Below, piece by piece: positions 27,578 to 41,433 of a DNA stretch of 64,000 bases. Where the stretch lies: positions 49,736,464-49,800,463 of the forward strand of contig NC_043011.1 of NCBI RefSeq assembly GCF_006345805.1, written 5' to 3'. Numbering within the stretch: the stretch's first letter is position 1; each line of letters begins with the position of its first letter. Source of the stretch: Octopus sinensis (taxonomy: Eukaryota). Under the pieces are notes generated by a model. It was given only the letters and a program-made list of their open reading frames with translations. It ran no database searches and was not told the DNA's origin. A program made the translations under genes and the position numbers.

Positions 27578-28360
27578 TATGTGTGTGTGTTTGTGTGTTG
27601 TGTGTATATATGTATTATAAATATACATGTGAATTATGTGTATACGTATATATATACGTATATATATATATATATTATATATATATATGCGTATATCTAT
27701 ATATATATATATACTACATACATACATACATACATACATACATACATACAGATAGATATGTAGATAGATAGATATGTATTTATATGTATACATATATATG
27801 TGTGTGTGTGTGTGTATATATGTTTTATATATATATGTGAATTATGTGTGTATACGTATATATATATATATATTATATATATATATGCGTATATCTATAT
27901 ATGTATATATATATATATAAGTATATATATATATATATATATAATGTATATATATATACAACATACATACAGATAGATATGTATTTGGATCTCTGTTGAA
28001 CAAACTCAATCCGGTCACTTCTATAGCCATAGGCTCCATTACCAAATGAGTGAATGGCTCTGACGAACGTTAACTAAGTTAATTATGCAACCCAGATGAA
28101 AGCAAGTCCATAATATCAGCTGCAACTGTTGTCAACACGAAAAGATGGATAAGAGAGAAGCAGGACTATTGTGAACATCATAACAACGGCCTACTTACCG
28201 AATTTGCAGGCTAAAACGTCTGTGACTTACGGATTGAAAAAAGTTAGGTGTGATAATAATCGGTTATATTCACACACTCACACAAATACACAAACACGCC
28301 CATATAAGTATGGATATATGAAGGCGATTGTCATATAAAAAAAAATATATATACATATAC

Positions 28361-28391
<31 letters not shown>

Positions 28392-28609
28392 GATAGATAT
28401 ATACATATAGATATATATATATATATATACTTATACATGTATGTATGTATTTATATATTTATACACACACACACACGCACACACATAAGCATTTATATAC
28501 ATATATATGCATACGTACATATATACATACATATAAAAGTATAATCATGTTTCGTTTTTGGATTTGGTTTGCAAAATTCTTTATATGAGTTCGTGTGTTG
28601 AAGCATATT

Positions 28610-28778
28610 CTGTTGTGTCTGGGGAGAGTCATTCTCTTTTAGTACCTTATTATTTAACACACTCACCGGTAAAATTTCCACTTATTTCGTCTTTTTATTT
28701 TCCTAAATGGAAATTTTACCAGTGAGTGTGTTAAATAATAAGGTACTAAAAGAGAATGACTCTCCCCAGACACAACAG
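28610..28778. repeat. 71-bp-arm inverted repeat with 27-bp spacer
   Basis: 28610-28680 versus 28708-28778 with one mismatch; gtataatcatgttt occurs directly repeated at ~28539 and ~28778. Confidence 0.93.
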
Positions 28779-28925
28779 TATAATCATGTTTGTTTTAGGT
28801 CAAGTTATAACAAACACGATTTAACATTAAATTCAAGAATTTTAAAGAACTGTAGTAGAGTATGTTTAGTTAACCTTTAGAAGAAGAATGGTGACAATGA
28901 CTACACAGTTTTGACAGCCACCTGT

Positions 28926-29004
<79 letters not shown>

Positions 29005-29054
29005 CAGAGAGAGAGAGAGAAACTTGTTTCTCTAACTATACGTGTAGTAAAATT

Positions 29055-29637
29055 TATTTGCCAACAGAATGTGGCGGTCCTATAAACGATGATGTTATTG
29101 TTGTTTAAGGTCCAGGAAAACATCTATTCTAGCTGGCTATCGACACAGTCTGCGTCCGTATAGTTTTTGTAAGGGAGGTCATCGCTCCCAACTCCAGCCT
29201 TATGTGATACTCACAGACCATGGTTTCTGAGTGGTTACCCCTCCTCAGTGCGAGGCAATAACTGACTGCTGATGAAAGCTTTCTCCACTCACAAACTCTA
29301 TATATTCTTTAAGCGACACACAATCGCTGATCTCGTATGGAGAAAAACAACTTGTTTTATATCTCCTAGCAACAGACATACAGTTACAGTACCGAATAGT
29401 AGCGTTTAGTTACCAACAGAATGTGGTGGTCCTATAAAAGACGATGTTACTCTTGGTAAAGCCACAAGAAAACATCTTTTCCAGCTGGCTATAGATACAC
29501 GGCGTCCGTATAGTGTTTGCAAGAGTGGTCATCGTTCCCATCTCCAACCTTACGTGATACAGAATGTAAGTTGATAAGATGTTTTCCTGGGGCTTAAACA
29601 ACAGTAACATTGTCCTTTATAGGAAAACCACAGAAAT
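29055..29637. mobile_element. Cluster of PLE terminal-repeat-like copies (two direct, one inverted)
   Basis: ccaacagaatgtgg...cctataaa...gaaaacatct at ~29061 and ~29413, inverted at ~29575-29637; adjacent to a PLE ORF fragment. Confidence 0.7.
29210..29254 (-). ncRNA. Type I hammerhead motif with palindromic stem III (GUC), stem II base mismatch
   Basis: CUCGCA CUGAGGA GGGG-UAACCA-CUCA GAA ACCAUGGU C UGUGAG; 6-bp stem I; position 11.1 is A rather than C. Confidence 0.65.
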
Positions 29638-29714
29638 CGAAAGGAAAAGGAGGAGCCGCAGAAACGTCGTTTGGTTTGCTCCACCCTTCCCGCTAAACGT
29701 CAAGACTTGTGTGG

Positions 29715-30420
29715 GAAATATTTTTTTCTTAGATTAATAGACAAACCTCTCACACACATAGATACAGGCAATTATTTGAGAGACACAACCTAAGAGGCTC
29801 TTTTAGTTGTGTACCTGACATAGAAATCATTTTAACAAGTATTCACAATACAAGTGGGAAGGCAGAGTGTTCTTGCAGAGTATACAATAAATGTCCAGTA
29901 GGAGGTCGATGCGAGGCTGAAGGAGTCATCTATGAAGATACGGTAAAACCCAGACCTGCTATCCGCATTACTAGCAATGTAACATCCAATAACAATATTA
30001 GCAGTTTAACCAGATCTCATATCAGAGATGATGACCAGTCAGGGAATAGCGTCACAGAGGACGTAACCAATGACCCTGATGCCACCGCCACAGATGATGA
30101 ACAAACTACTGTCATATACACAGATGGAGTGACCAGCTCCGCACCATATGTTACCACTAGTATAATCGCTACACTTAGAGATGATGCCCAATCCCGGACC
30201 AGCGACACAAAATAGGTATCTTCAGTTCCACCACCACAGATGATGACTAGGCAATTGTCATCAACACTGATGAGATGACCGGCCCTGTACCATATGTTAC
30301 CACCAGCCGCAGCCGCACTAACGCCGGTGGCTATATGGTCAACCATATGACCAGTAGTGATAACCACGGCGATAACACTAGTAAAGCCGTAAGAAATGTC
30401 ACTAAACATCTTGTCCAATG
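29715..30420 (+). mobile_element. Penelope-like element linker/endonuclease fragment followed by a Thr/Asp/Ser-rich repetitive frame
   Basis: ATG-less frame gives CSCRVYNKCPVGGRCEAEGVIYEDTV, matching the PLE CNCR...CPLxGxC...VIY pattern; a ~77-bp internal repeat occurs at ~30085 and ~30230. Confidence 0.65.
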
Positions 30421-31530
30421 CGGTAGCGATTCTGCCAGCTCACTTCATAAACTGTTTAATAATAATCATTTCTTATGCTGACACAAGGGCAGCAATTTTC
30501 GAGGGATGGTAAAATCATTTACCTCCACTCCAGTGATCAATGAAAGGTAAAGTTGACCTCGGTGGAATTTGATCTCAGAAAGTAAAGACAGACGAAATGC
30601 CGCTAGACAACTTTGCCAGAGCGGTAACGGTACATCCACTGGCGCGTGTGTTTTTTTATTAGCATCACAACCTCCTGAGACACAACAAATCTGTTTTAAA
30701 ACACGAGTTCACACCAAGACTCTAGCAAATCAAATACAAAATGAAAATATATTATACTTCTTTAATTGAATTTGAATTTTCTATTTTCTTTCTTTCTGTT
30801 CAAATACAGAATAATTACTATTCACATATAGCTACTAATTCAATCTGACAGTTTCTCAAAAACCATTTGTGGCGGGTCTTCTTAATGGCTTCGAGGTGGT
30901 AACCTACATATATAATGTTTCATTTCATTTTTCTTACTTAGATTATCACTGGCTTTGTGCGAAAATTTGAAATCATTATTCTTAATTAGATTATGTTCAT
31001 TCATGCTTGAGATCTCACACGTGATCTTATGCAAACTCCGGCCGTTTTCGTAAATTTTCTTGTGATGTTTGCTAAAACGTTGGAGATGTGACTATAAATT
31101 GGATTTATATTGTTTCTTATAAAACTCGGTCCTGGTTCTTATCCCCTTCTTCCTCTCACGTTTTTATGCAAATCCTTTCACACAAATTCTAAAATGTCCT
31201 TTGCAATGTTTCTTCAAATTAAAACCCCTCAAGCAAATACGAGAAATCATGATTGTTAATACTATTATTAATCTAAGGTGACAACCTGACAGAATCATCG
31301 GCCCAGAAACAAGATGTTTAGCGATATTTGGTCTTTCTTTATGTACTGAGTTCATATTCTACCAATGTTGATTTTGAGGGTCGTTAAAATAAGGACCAGC
31401 TGAGCACTAGGATTGATGTAATCCACTTAACCCCCTCGCCTGAAGCTACTGGCCTTGTGCCAAAATTTGAAACCATTTTTATTTTAATTATTATTGAGAG
31501 CAATGCATTTCATCAAAGTAATACTGAAAT

Positions 31531-31592
<62 letters not shown>

Positions 31593-31876
31593 AGGAGTGA
31601 GCTGGCTGAATCGTTAGCACTCCTGGCAATATGCATAGCATTTCTTCCGTCTTCACATTCTGAGTTCAAATTCTATCTTCTTTCATCTGGGTCATCTAGG
31701 TTATGCATATTCGTTGTCGAGTTTGTGTATTGTACATACACACACACACACACAGACACACAAACACACACACACACTTTCACTCACTCTATCGCTATCT
31801 AGCTATCTCTCTCTCATACACACAAATACACACATACACCTATATGTAAGTAAGTATGCAAGTATATGTATGTATG

Positions 31877-31918
<42 letters not shown>

Positions 31919-33041
31919 TATATATATATATATCTATATATATATATATAGATTTATATATATATAATAATAATAAAATTAGGGAGTAAACCAAATTACA
32001 GGGATAAATTGGATTTAGGATTAAATCTAATTTTACAGTATAAATATATATTTATATATTAAATTAGAGATAAAACCACTATTAGGCAAATCAACAGTGA
32101 AACATAAACCAAAACATAGAAATAAAATTAATATAATATAATATCAAAATATATAAAATATAAAATTAAAAATTTAAATTATGTATATATATTAATAGTA
32201 ATAGTATGACGACAAAAGAAAGAATGTAAATAGAATGTAATTATGTAAATAGAGGAATTTATCTGTAATATAATATGTGACAATTGTTCGGTTGCCATAA
32301 TAAAACTCTGAGTTTTAGATGTTGGGGTGGAAGATTGCTCCGGCATCTTGTCAGTTATTAAGACAAACATAAACTATGAAAATGACCGTTAATCAAAGGG
32401 AAATTACTATGTAAATGAACGTTATTCAGACAAACAAAGGAGCCATTAATATGACCGTTAAATAAAGGGAAAAACCCGAAGTGGAGTAAGAGACGCTCAT
32501 AGAATTCGCGTATGCGCGCATGTACATACATACACATGCACTGACGCACACCCACGTACATGTGCCTATATGCATATGCTAACTCGCACTCGCGTGAAAC
32601 ACATACATGCACACGCATACACACACATGCCCATATGTGCACATATATATGCAATCATACACAAGTACATTATATTAATTTTTGGAATATACATCAGAAT
32701 TTCGCTAAGATTGGTAAATATCTTGCTGCGAGTTACATTTCATTGTCGTAATTTCGCTACACTGGGATCCCTGGATCATGCTTACCTACATATATATATA
32801 TATACTTCAAACTATATATCAACTATACATGAACTATATATCAACTATACATGAACTCTAAGATGTCTGACTCCGTTGTGTATTATAAATGAATTTCTTG
32901 TGTTTGACGGCATGAGCTGTCTCTTTTTATATATAACTTTTTTGATAAGGTTCATTTCAGGAACTGAAACATGTTATAATGTATATATAAAAATTAAAAA
33001 TTGTATAATACAGCAGCATTTTCGAACTTCATTTTTTAAAA

Positions 33042-33075
<34 letters not shown>

Positions 33076-33137
33076 CATGCATATATATATATATACATGC
33101 ATATATATATACATACGTATATATACATGCATATATA

Positions 33138-33946
33138 TCTCTCTATATATAAACGGCAGTTTGTCTGTCTGTGTGTCTGTGTGTCTGTCAGGTTGTACCC
33201 TCACCCTGACCACGGCTTTCAACCGATTCTGATGAAACTTGACACACACATAGCCCAATGTCATAATTCAAAACTAACGCAGCGAAAATTTTGAAAGGTT
33301 CCCCCAGTTCTGAAAAAAAAATCGATAAATTCGACATGGGTCAAGAATCTAAGCTTTTTATATGCAACACATTTTCTACAGACTGTCTAGGGGACGCAAC
33401 TCGACTTTTTTAACTCTCGGAACATGTGGGGTAAGTATCCCAAAATGTATAAAAATGTACAAAAACGGCAAAAAAGCGGGCAGCATTGTGAGTGACAACA
33501 ACGAAAAAGTCAAAAGTGACCAAACTGAACAAACGAATGGAAAAAGTTTTTTTGGTGCACACGACAAAAGCGGTTCATAATAAACCAAGAGTTTGCAAGT
33601 AGCGTCCGAGGACCCTTAGGGTACATCAAAAATTTAAGGTAAAACGTTTGGGGTGATAGTTAAAAAGAAAGTGTAAACAAAAAAAGTATTCGAATAACTT
33701 GTGGCTGCAGCAGCTATTAGCAGAAGTGGCGGTGTCGGGGGTAAAGTCTCGAATGTAACTTCTTCCTGGTAGGAATTGGTTGGGTTGAATTACCGATAGC
33801 TGTTTGATAGCTATTTGGGAGTGAAGAGAAGACATTGCAACCTACACATGCGCCTTCGTTCCCTAGAGGGAAAGGACTAGATTGGGATTAGTCGTTGCCT
33901 ACTAGGGGCTCTTACATACCCGGGCAACGCCGGGCTATGCTGCTAG
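33138..33946 (+). mobile_element. Non-autonomous Helitron (809 bp), same family as 12395-12778
   Basis: A|TC start, perfect CCCGGGCAACGCCGGG hairpin at 33919-33934, CTAG|T end; first ~280 bp align with the 12.4-kb copy. Confidence 0.92.
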
Positions 33947-33957
33947 TATATACATAC

Positions 33958-34024
<67 letters not shown>

Positions 34025-34057
34025 CATATATATATATCACACACACCATATATATCT

Positions 34058-34091
<34 letters not shown>

Positions 34092-34096
34092 CATAC

Positions 34097-34129
<33 letters not shown>

Positions 34130-34133
34130 TATA

Positions 34134-34175
<42 letters not shown>

Positions 34176-34191
34176 ACATATATATATATAT

Positions 34192-34238
<47 letters not shown>

Positions 34239-34257
34239 CATATATATATATATATAT

Positions 34258-34326
<69 letters not shown>

Positions 34327-36029
34327 TATATATATTTGGATCTCATACAGATGTTGGATTTATTTAACGATATGGAATGGTGATTTATTTCACTTGGATT
34401 GAATATGCTTATTAGCAAACAACATGCAATTTCCAGTTCCTACTGATTTTATTGCCTATTTTTCTTTATATTATTCATTTCAACTGTTTCAATCAACTCT
34501 GCCCGGCAACGTGAATGCATGCATGTGTGTGTGTGTGTGGTTTGCGTGAGGGTATAATATATATATATATATAAAGTTAGGCATGTATGTATGTACTTAT
34601 GTATGTTTCAATATATACACGTATGTACGTATCTATGTGTATTATATATATATATATATATTATATATATATATATATATATTTGTGTGTGTGTGTGTGT
34701 GTGTGTGCATGAGTGCGTGTGTACGTATGTATATGTGTGTGCGTGAGTGTGTGGATGTGTCCGTTTCGTTTTATGCATATTTGATTCCCAGAGATTTTAA
34801 TGTTTTTATGTTTGATGTTAGTTATTAAACTTACATATGCATATTGTAGGTATGTATGAATGTACGTACGTACGTATGTATGTATGTATGTATGTATGTA
34901 TGTATGTATGAATGTACATATGTACATATGTATGTATGTATATATGTATATATGTATGTATGTATGTGTTTATGTATTTCCTAATATACTTGCATGTTTC
35001 CAATATATCCCTTATTTACTTTTATTATTATTTATTGTATCTGAATTTACTCACATCAGAAATAATAAGATTACGACTTGTCCTCTATTATTTATATCTG
35101 CTTATATATTTCACTCACCTTCTTTATATAAATATAATTTTTTGATCTTCTGTTGTTGATAACTTACAGTAGCTAAATGTAACAAAACCTAGCATTTAAT
35201 TCTGCAAATTCTCTCTGCTAATAAATCGTTAGAATACATAACATAACGTACGTGATATTTTGCAGATCATTCGTCGAATTCAAGCTTTATTGCTTCTACT
35301 GTGAACCTAAAATTATTGATTTTAAGCTTTCGCTTGCTCATGGGTCAACGGTTTCATTGTTAGCGTAATGTCGTTTAAATTGAAGTGACGCCAAAGTTTG
35401 TCTGATTCATATTTCTTCTACTCTAATAAGAATGGGTCAGTCTTTACTTGGTCATTCTATGCTTTAATCATTTATTTATTTAATTTGTATATGTACACGA
35501 AACAGCGCGTATCAAAATTATAGTGTGTACTTCAATTTATAATACTATACTACGAATTCAAACGTAGAAATGGCATTCGCTTTGGAATTATTCCTCGATG
35601 AACAACTTAGCATACATCAGCAAATGTTTTGTTCGTAGAGTTCTATATAAGAACAGAAGTTTCCAGCCATCTTCAAGGAACCGATACGGTATATGTCACT
35701 GAGGAGGTGAAATTAAGCTGATATACCGGTATCTTGGAGTGTGCAGATGTCGTTTGGTGTGTGTTATCTTTTTAGCATTTTTCGGGTCGAAATGGGTCAA
35801 TTTTACCTATGAAGGTATATTTTTCGCTATAATTTTTTCGCTGTTTGTTGAAGTTGCCTATCCTTTCCTCTAGCTGCCTCTCTTAGAGGGATAAGAATGT
35901 GGTAAATTGGGAAAGTTTTTTTTTCTGGTAGTTGTTCTCCAATGAGCTAGGATTTATATATGACATTTTGACCCATTTAGACTCTGAATGTTAGATTATT
36001 TTACTTTTAAATTTTACTTTCTCTGGTTC

Positions 36030-36520
36030 AAAAATGGGATCAAAACGTGTGCTAGAATTGCTGGAAAGCGATTCAGACCTTTCTGACTTTGAGAATGAAT
36101 TCAGTGATTCTTAATTTGAAGAATTGATTGAGGAATATGACCTTGACTACGAGTCAGAGCAAGAGTTATCAAGTTCTGATAAGAATAGTGGAAAATGATG
36201 CTGGAGAAGGTGTCCTACGTGCAAAGTCGCGAGTTGAATGAGCGACGTGGATTCAAGAACGTACTATTAGGGAAAACCGAGTCTGATTGGCGTTACAAGG
36301 AATCCAAAATCAAATTTGGAAATGTTTAACCTGTTTATGCCTCAAGATTTGATAAAACGAAATTCCTGATCATAGAAACCAAAGCATTGAGAAGGTCAAG
36401 GAACGATACAAGTCCAAATACGATGCTGCTGAAACAACTAGTTTGGAGATTTCGGCTGTTTTGGTAATTATAGTCAATACTGCATGGTGGAAATATCAAC
36501 AGTTTGCAGCGAACTGAATG
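36030..36520 (+). mobile_element. Decayed piggyBac-like transposase N-terminus
   Basis: Acidic leader LELLESDSDLSDFENEFSDS, then frameshifted FNLFMPQDLI...AETTSLEISAVFG resembling the LFF...EIxAFFG pattern. Confidence 0.5.
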
Positions 36521-36644
36521 AAGAGAATAAGAAATACATGACAAAAAGAATACAAGACATAAGTGATGTATTAGGGGTTGCTATATTCTAATTAATTCTT
36601 TCTTTAAATTATTCAATGAATAATTAATACTCTATTGATTAGCA

Positions 36645-37070
36645 GAATTAACTGGCAGAATCGTTTGCACGCCGGGCGAAATGCTTAGCGGTATTTCGTC
36701 TGCTTCTACGTTCTGAGTTCAAATTCCGCCGAGGTCGACTTTACCTTTCTTCCTTTCGGGATCGATAAATTAAGTACCAGTTAAGCACTGGGGTCGATCT
36801 AATCGAATTGATCCTTTTGTCTGTACTTGTTTGTCCCCTCTATGTTTAGCCCTTTTGGGGGTAGTAAAGAAATAGGTACTTCGTCTGCCATTACGTTCTG
36901 AGTATAAATACCGCCGAGGTATGTACCAGTTGCGTACTGGGACTGATCTAATCGACTGAGCCCCCTCTTCGCCGACGTCAAAAATAAGTACCAGTTGAGT
37001 ACTGCGGTCGATGTAACCGACTTACACCATTCCATAAAGTTCCTGGCCTTGTGCCAAAATTTGAAACCAA
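36645..37070 (+). mobile_element. Cluster of family C SINE copies and fragments
   Basis: Repeated CTGAGTTCAAATTCCGCCGAGGTCGAC and AAGTACCAGTT...CTGGGGTCGAT blocks. Confidence 0.8.
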
Positions 37071-37421
37071 TAATGTATTCATGAAGAAAATGTTTTACCG
37101 TTTATTTAATTACATCAAAATTTTAGCCTGTGTACATTTTACGTTTGCTCTTAAAACACTTAGCCTGTAAAGCGTGGGAGGTTTTTCGGCGTCCTCTGTG
37201 AACCGTTTCTTCCAGTATGCAAGTGGAGTTTTTCAGAGCAAATTTTACAGCAGAAGAGGGTAGGTCGTTTTATACCCCAAAACGATTTTACAGAACCATA
37301 AATTCTATGTGGAATATTGTATTTGGAAAGATCGCTTCATTACTTGAATGATTAAAATACATATTTTTACACAGGAATTTCAACCGTGTTTCGTGGTCTG
37401 CTACCACACCAGCTCCTTTAT

Positions 37422-38167
37422 ATCTGTTAATATATTTGTTTTCCAAGAATTAAATTTACACAATTAACATACATATTTAGTTATACACAATAATACATTT
37501 GTGTAGTTTGCTTGAATTATTTTAAATTTTGTTATCATTTAGTTCATTTAAGTTAGCTCAAGACATCATCAGGAGGAACCATGTCCGTTTTCGGCCGCTA
37601 CTCCTCTACCGTTTTGACGTGCGGGGGGGGGGGGGCGGGAGGGCCCTTTCGGAAGTGCCTTCAGCTCTGGTGTTGTACTACATCAACTTGTTTGCCGGAT
37701 ATTACGATTATATTACATTTGGAAAAAAAAAAACGTTTGTAAATTTAAATAAATAAATGATTTAATCATTTTCCAAAACTATTGAAAATGGAAGCAGCTT
37801 AGAGTTGAAACAAACAAAAGATAATTATTTCAACATTAAAACAGTTCGATTACTTATTTCCACCGGGAAAAAATACCATTTTTCAAAAATTTTAATTTTA
37901 AAAATCTTCGAATCGTATAACAATATAAAATATCTTTTCCGTGATAAAATGATCAGCAATTATTCGCATTTCCAATTAAAGACATTTAATTACATCAAAT
38001 GGGAGTGTATACAATTTCAAATGGAAAAAGGATTTTATCTGTTAATATATTTGTTTTCCAAGAATTAAATTTACACAATTAACATACATATTTAGTTATA
38101 CACAATAACACAATTGTGTATTTTGCTTGAATTATTTTTTAATTTTGTTATCATTTCGTTAATTTAG
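37422..38167. repeat. ~130-bp direct repeat, ~614-bp spacing
   Basis: tatctgttaatatatttgttttccaagaattaaatttacac...gttatcattt at ~37422 and ~38036. Confidence 0.8.
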
Positions 38168-38527
38168 GTTTTAAATAGAAACACATATCTTTATACGGTC
38201 TTTTGATGCTCTCTATTATAAATTCATTTTAGTCCATAGTCCATTTCAATCTATTGTTTCCTTTCTTTTGTGTTGGATCTCTTTCATTTGATACGGCTTG
38301 TATCAGAAGTTTCTCGTCTTCGGTCTCGTCTTACGCTGGCATGGCTGTATGGTGAAAAATCTCGCTCTGCAACCACGAGATCTCGGGTTCGCACGCATTG
38401 TGGAACTCCTCGGGCAAATGTCTGTCTTCAACTGCATCTTTGCTTTGCAAGTGAATTTAGTAGACACAAACTGAACAGAGGCCTATTGTGCGTGTGTGGA
38501 TCTCTTGTTACTTATTTTGATTATGTG

Positions 38528-38622
<95 letters not shown>

Positions 38623-38665
38623 TAATATATATTATATATATTATATATATATAATATATATATAG

Positions 38666-38723
<58 letters not shown>

Positions 38724-38724
<1 letters not shown>

Positions 38725-39003
38725 GAGGTGCAATGGCCTAGTGGTTAAGGCAGCGGACTCGCGGTCGCAGGATCGCGGTTTCGATTCCCAGACCGGGCGT
38801 TGTGTGTGTTTATTGAGCGAAAACACCTAAAAGCTCCACGAGGCTCCGGCAGGGGGTGGTGATCCCTGCTGTATTTTTTCACCACTCTTTCTCTCACTCT
38901 TTCTTCTGTTGGCCTGCTCGCTTAGCCAGCGGGGTGGCGTCATTCGAAGGCTAAAACAATGCGAACGCATTGTGACCAGTGATGTGTAACAACATCTGAT
39001 GGT
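38724..39003 (+). mobile_element. SINE family B, tail type 2
   Basis: Family B head, then TTCTGTTGGCCTGCTCGCTTAGCCAGCGGGG...CATCTGATGG. Confidence 0.88.
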
Positions 39004-39270
39004 TTATATATATATATAAATCAGTAAATAGTGGGGTTGTGTTAACCGCACGTGATAGGAATGGAAAAAATTATAAGGCAGAATGCTAAATTGAAAGTAA
39101 ATTTTAATAAAAATGAATGTATGAAGAATTTAAAAAGAAAAAATAAATCAAACCGATTTTCATTGCAAGGCAAATTTTCAAGACTTAGAAATGGAAAAAA
39201 ATCTTTTAAAAATTGAGGAAGGGGAAAAAGAAATTTACAATGTTTTTTTTCAAAAAAATAATAATACATA

Positions 39271-39673
39271 CTCTCTTTTACTCTCTTTTACATGTTTCAG
39301 TCATTTGACTGCGGCCATGCTGGAGCACCGCCTTTAGTCGAGCAAATCGACCCCGGGACTTATTCTTTGTAAGCCCAGTACTTATTCTTTTGCCGAACCG
39401 CTAGGTGACGGGGACGTAAACACACCAGCATCGGTTGTCAAGCAATGCTAGGGGTACAAACACAGACACACAAACACATACACATACATATACATATAAA
39501 TACATATATACGACAGGCTTCTTTCAGTTTCCGTCTACCAAATCCACTCACAAGGCATTGGTCGGCCCGGGGCTATAGCAGAAGACACTTGCCCAAGATG
39601 CCACGCAGTGGGACTGAACCCGGAACCATGTGGTTGGTTAGCAAGCTACTTATCACACAGCCACCCCTGCGCC
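39271..39673 (-). mobile_element. Full-length SINE family A
   Basis: Minus-strand head GGCGCAGG...GCTGTGTG, internal AC/AT microsatellite, tail GACTGAAACATGTAAAAGAG repeats. Confidence 0.9.
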
Positions 39674-39886
39674 TACATATATACAAAAATTTAATAAATA
39701 AGTGTACCAATCCATTGTAGAGTCTTTATGCTTTTAGAGTTCAATAATAGTCCTTAGAAAAACATCTTTGGAGGATGTGTTTTAAATGTAGTGTATATTT
39801 TGAAAAAGTGGGTGATTGTGTGTCAAAACAGGAAATGGGGTCGGAGTTATCCAGATTTCTTCCATCTTCTTGCTCTGTTAAAGTAT

Positions 39887-40308
39887 ACTCTCTTTTTACT
39901 CCTTTACTCGTTTCAGTCATTTGACTGTGGCCATGCTAGAGCACCGCCTTTAGTCGACCAGATCGACCCCAGGACTTATTCTCTGTAAGCCTAGTACTTA
40001 TTCTATCGGTCTCTCAGGCCGAACTGCTAAGTTACGGGGACGTAAACACACCAGCATCGGTTGTCAAGCGATGTTGGGGGGACGAACAAAGACACACAAA
40101 CATACACACATACGCGCGCGCGCGCGCATATATATATATGTATACGACAGGCTTCTTTCAGATTTTGTCTACCAAATCCACTCACAAGGCTTTGGTCGGC
40201 CCGATCGCTATAGTAGAAGACACTCAACCAAGGTACCACGCAGTGGGACTGAATCCGAAACCATGTGATTGGTAAGCAAGCAACTTACCACACAGTCCCT
40301 CTTACACC
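39887..40308 (-). mobile_element. Full-length SINE family A
   Basis: Collinear with 39271-39673. Confidence 0.9.
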
Positions 40309-40493
40309 TATATATGAGCAAAATTATATTAATGTATCCGACTGGTTAAAATTCTATTTAAGTATTTGTGCGGCTGCAGATTGTACTGCATTTAAATTTA
40401 TGTAATGATTGCATTGTTCAATTAAATGGAACCGTTTGAAACGGTCGTGCTGTATCACTACTTGATATCCTGTAGCTTATTTTGATATATATA

Positions 40494-40550
<57 letters not shown>

Positions 40551-40629
40551 TCAGGACGCCATGATAGATCGTTAGCTCCCACACGCATTTTTTCTCTCCT
40601 TTTTTCACTCCTTGTTTTTTTCTGTATAC

Positions 40630-40665
40630 CTTTCTGTCGAAGAGCGTAGGCTCGAAACGTAAAAG
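40630..40665 (+). ncRNA. Hammerhead-like motif with A6U core variant, inside a PLE terminal-repeat-like unit (~40550-40765)
   Basis: CUUU CUGUCGA A GAGC-GUAG-GCUC GAA ACGU A AAAG; stems intact, core position 6 is U. Confidence 0.5.
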
Positions 40666-41046
40666 ACATTTTCTATTTCTATTCCTGAGCGCTATACTAA
40701 TACATTTGTTTGTTTGTACTCCACCTGCCTTCGTCTTTTGTTTATTTTCTTAAACTTTCCCGTTATATATATATAGATTTTCAACTAGAACGGATTACCA
40801 GGGAAGACCTTATTGCATTAAGTTACGAAGGACATTAAAGGTATTCGATAGCCAATGCAGTGTCCCAAGCAACTATAATGGCGAAACATATGTAGGAACA
40901 AATAATGTAAACTTACGTTTACCGTAATTTCTCCTACCTTTGCTCAGTATCTCATATCAAGTAGACATACTCCTATACTACTAAGCATAGTAGTTGCTGA
41001 ACCAAACTGGACAATGATAATATACGTAGAGTTCTATATTTATTTA

Positions 41047-41262
41047 TTTATTGTCCACAGGGGGCTAAACATAGAGGAGACAAACAAAGGGGTTAAGTCG
41101 ATTACACCGACGCCAGTGCGTAACTGGTACTTATTTAATCGACCCCGAAAGGATGAAAGGTAAAGTCGACCTCGGCGGAGTTAGAACTCAGAACGTAACG
41201 GCAGACGAAATACCACTAAGCATTTCGCCCGACGTGCTAACGATTCTGCCAGCTCGCCGCCT
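41047..41262 (-). mobile_element. Full-length SINE family C
   Basis: Reverse complement of the 8048 copy; flanking repeat atacgtaga(g/t)ttctatatt at ~41022 and ~41266. Confidence 0.88.
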
Positions 41263-41400
41263 CTTATACGTAGATTTCTATATTACGCAGAGTTCTATTA
41301 TAGAGAGTTCTATATTATTCTAATATACGTATAGTTCTATATTAAGCAGTAACAATCATACATCTATTTATGCTCAAAAGATATACTATATGTATGTGTG

Positions 41401-41429
<29 letters not shown>

Positions 41430-41433
<4 letters not shown>

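Noticed and set aside
27990-28260. Unique-looking islands as host exons (also ~7500-7990, ~58150-58680, ~60840-61280)
   Set aside because: No recognisable protein motif in the frames I translated and no convincing splice pairs; would need RNA-seq or BLASTx.
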